The notes under the pieces are model-generated. The model saw only the letters and a list, made by a program, of their open reading frames with translations, searched no databases and had not been told where the DNA came from. Positions 62,920 to 64,000 of a stretch of 64,000 nt of DNA are shown here, piece by piece. The stretch comes from Candidatus Parcubacteria bacterium (GTDB lineage: Bacteria; Patescibacteriota; Minisyncoccia; Sungbacterales; SURF-37), in assembly GCA_003599755.1 (NCBI GenBank), contig QZJO01000001.1:5222-69221 (forward strand), written 5' to 3'. How positions within the stretch are numbered: position 1 is the stretch's first letter; each line of letters starts with the position of its first letter. The position numbers and the translations under genes are program-made.

Positions 62920-64000
62920 TCAGAAACCGGTGCTGTTATCAAATCCTTTGGCCATCGAATGGAAGCTGGCCGATTCCTCGTCAAAGAAGAGCTCGGCCTT
63001 GCCGGTCGGGCCGTTGCGATGCTTTTCGATAAGAATCTCGGCGATGTTTTTGCGGTCGGAATTTTCTTTTGCCCTATCCTCGCGATAGATGAACATGACC
63101 ACGTCGGCGTCTTGCTCGATAGAGCCGGATTCGCGAAGATCCGAGAGTTTTGGTTTTGAGGAGGGCCCGCGCATTTCCACGGCACGCGAGAGCTGCGAAA
63201 GCGCCATGACCGGCACGTTTAATTCCTTGGCAAGAGCTTTGAGCGAACGCGATATTTCGGATACTTCCTGCACGCGGTTTTCAGCATTGTCGCCGCGGAT
63301 CAGCTGCAAGTAGTCCACGACCACCAGGCCGAGGTCCCCGTGCTCGGCCTGGAGCCGCCGCGCCATGGCGCGGATTTGCATGACCGTAGGCGAGGCGACG
63401 TCATCGATATAGAGCGGGATATTCGACAGCGTTTCCATGGCATTGCGGATGCGGACAAAATCGTTGTCCTCGCCCTGGTCGGAGAGGCGTCCGGTGCGCA
63501 ATTTCCACAAACTGATGCCGGCTTGGCCCGCCACGAGGCGGTCGATAACTTGCTCGCGCGACATTTCAAGCGAGAAATAGCCGACGGGTTTTTGTTCCTT
63601 CAGAGCGACGTTGCGCGCGATGTCGAGCGAGAGCGAGGTTTTACCGAGCGACGGCCGCGCGGCGAGAATGATGAGGTCCGAGCGCTGGAGGCCGGCAAGA
63701 ATGTTGTCGAGGTCCGAAAATCCAGTCGTGACGCCGCGGAGCTTCCCGTCGCCGGCGTGCAATGCTTCAATGCGCTGCCACGCCTCGTCGAGGCCGGTTT
63801 TGACCGGCAGGAATTCCTGAGCGAGCGAACTTTGCGCGACAGCGAAAATCGTTTTCTCGGCATCGTCGAGAATCTGCTCGATGTTTTCGTCTTCCTTGTA
63901 GCCGAGCTCGGCAATGCGGTGCGAGGCCTCGATAAGATCGCGGTGGATGCGTTTTTTGTGCACGACGCGCGCATAGTAGGCGGCATTGGATGCGGTCGGC
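62920..64000 (-). CDS. dnaB: Replicative DNA helicase DnaB, C-terminal RecA-like domain; 5' end lies beyond the window
   Basis: 'ILAARPSLGKTSLSLDIARNVA' Walker A, 'VVVDYLQLI', 'ALAKELNVPVMALSQLSR'. Confidence 0.85.
   Translation of the reverse strand, partial: PTASNAAYYARVVHKKRIHRDLIEASHRIAELGYKEDENIEQILDDAEKTIFAVAQSSLAQEFLPVKTGLDEAWQRIEALHAGDGKLRGVTTGFSDLDNILAGLQRSDLIILAARPSLGKTSLSLDIARNVALKEQKPVGYFSLEMSREQVIDRLVAGQAGISLWKLRTGRLSDQGEDNDFVRIRNAMETLSNIPLYIDDVASPTVMQIRAMARRLQAEHGDLGLVVVDYLQLIRGDNAENRVQEVSEISRSLKALAKELNVPVMALSQLSRAVEMRGPSSKPKLSDLRESGSIEQDADVVMFIYREDRAKENSDRKNIAEILIEKHRNGPTGKAELFFDEESASFHSMAKGFDNSTGF

Noticed and set aside
1-64000. CRISPR arrays, rRNA and tRNA genes
   Set aside because: No regularly spaced direct repeats. 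No tRNA T-arm or acceptor hallmarks (GGTTCGAATCC-type) or rRNA-conserved blocks were found on either strand by eye.

Overview
This 64-kb window comes from a high-GC (about 60-65%) bacterial chromosome. It is densely packed with core housekeeping genes: murJ, lepA, miaA, thrS, dnaE, rnhB, holB, frr, tlyA, rseP, a thiol/redox cluster (FAD oxidoreductase, DsbA, glutaredoxin, trxB), gdh, gap, proS, mreBCD-mrdA, greA, lysS, serS, alr, recA, rpsF-ssb-rpsR, ychF, purD, rmuC, rplU, recR and dnaB. Almost none of these core genes has a Shine-Dalgarno sequence. Several have a lineage-specific inverted-repeat element (CCCGTTAGAG ... CTCTAACGGG) filling the upstream spacer, with the 3' arm touching the ATG. 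Five regions stand out against this background.

(1) An ~0.9-kb low-GC insert carries a free-standing LAGLIDADG-type homing-endonuclease gene and overlaps the lepA start.

(2) A cell-envelope block at 37.6-46.8 kb holds two GT-C glycosyltransferases, a lytic transglycosylase, an Ig-like protein, two unknown membrane proteins and a GtrA-like flippase. Four of these genes (41.4-45.8 kb) are unusual here in having canonical sigma70 promoters and strong GGAGG ribosome-binding sites.

(3) A ~4.6-kb lower-GC island at 46.8-51.45 kb is flanked and punctuated by long AT-rich palindromes. It encodes an ArsR-family regulator and a 1005-aa secreted protein with tandem Cys-containing N-terminal domains and an LCAT/PGAP1-like alpha/beta-hydrolase (phospholipase-like) domain. 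The 3' third of that gene is very low-GC, so the gene is mosaic. The island also holds a small 4-TM protein, a truncated inositol-monophosphatase gene remnant and a P-loop ATPase.

(4) A small rubredoxin-like zinc-ribbon ORF sits next to a rubredoxin-reductase-like flavoprotein.

(5) The ~280-nt leader of proS is T-box-like.

No rRNA, tRNA or CRISPR array was recognised. Coordinates of non-coding elements were read by eye and may be off by 1-3 nt.
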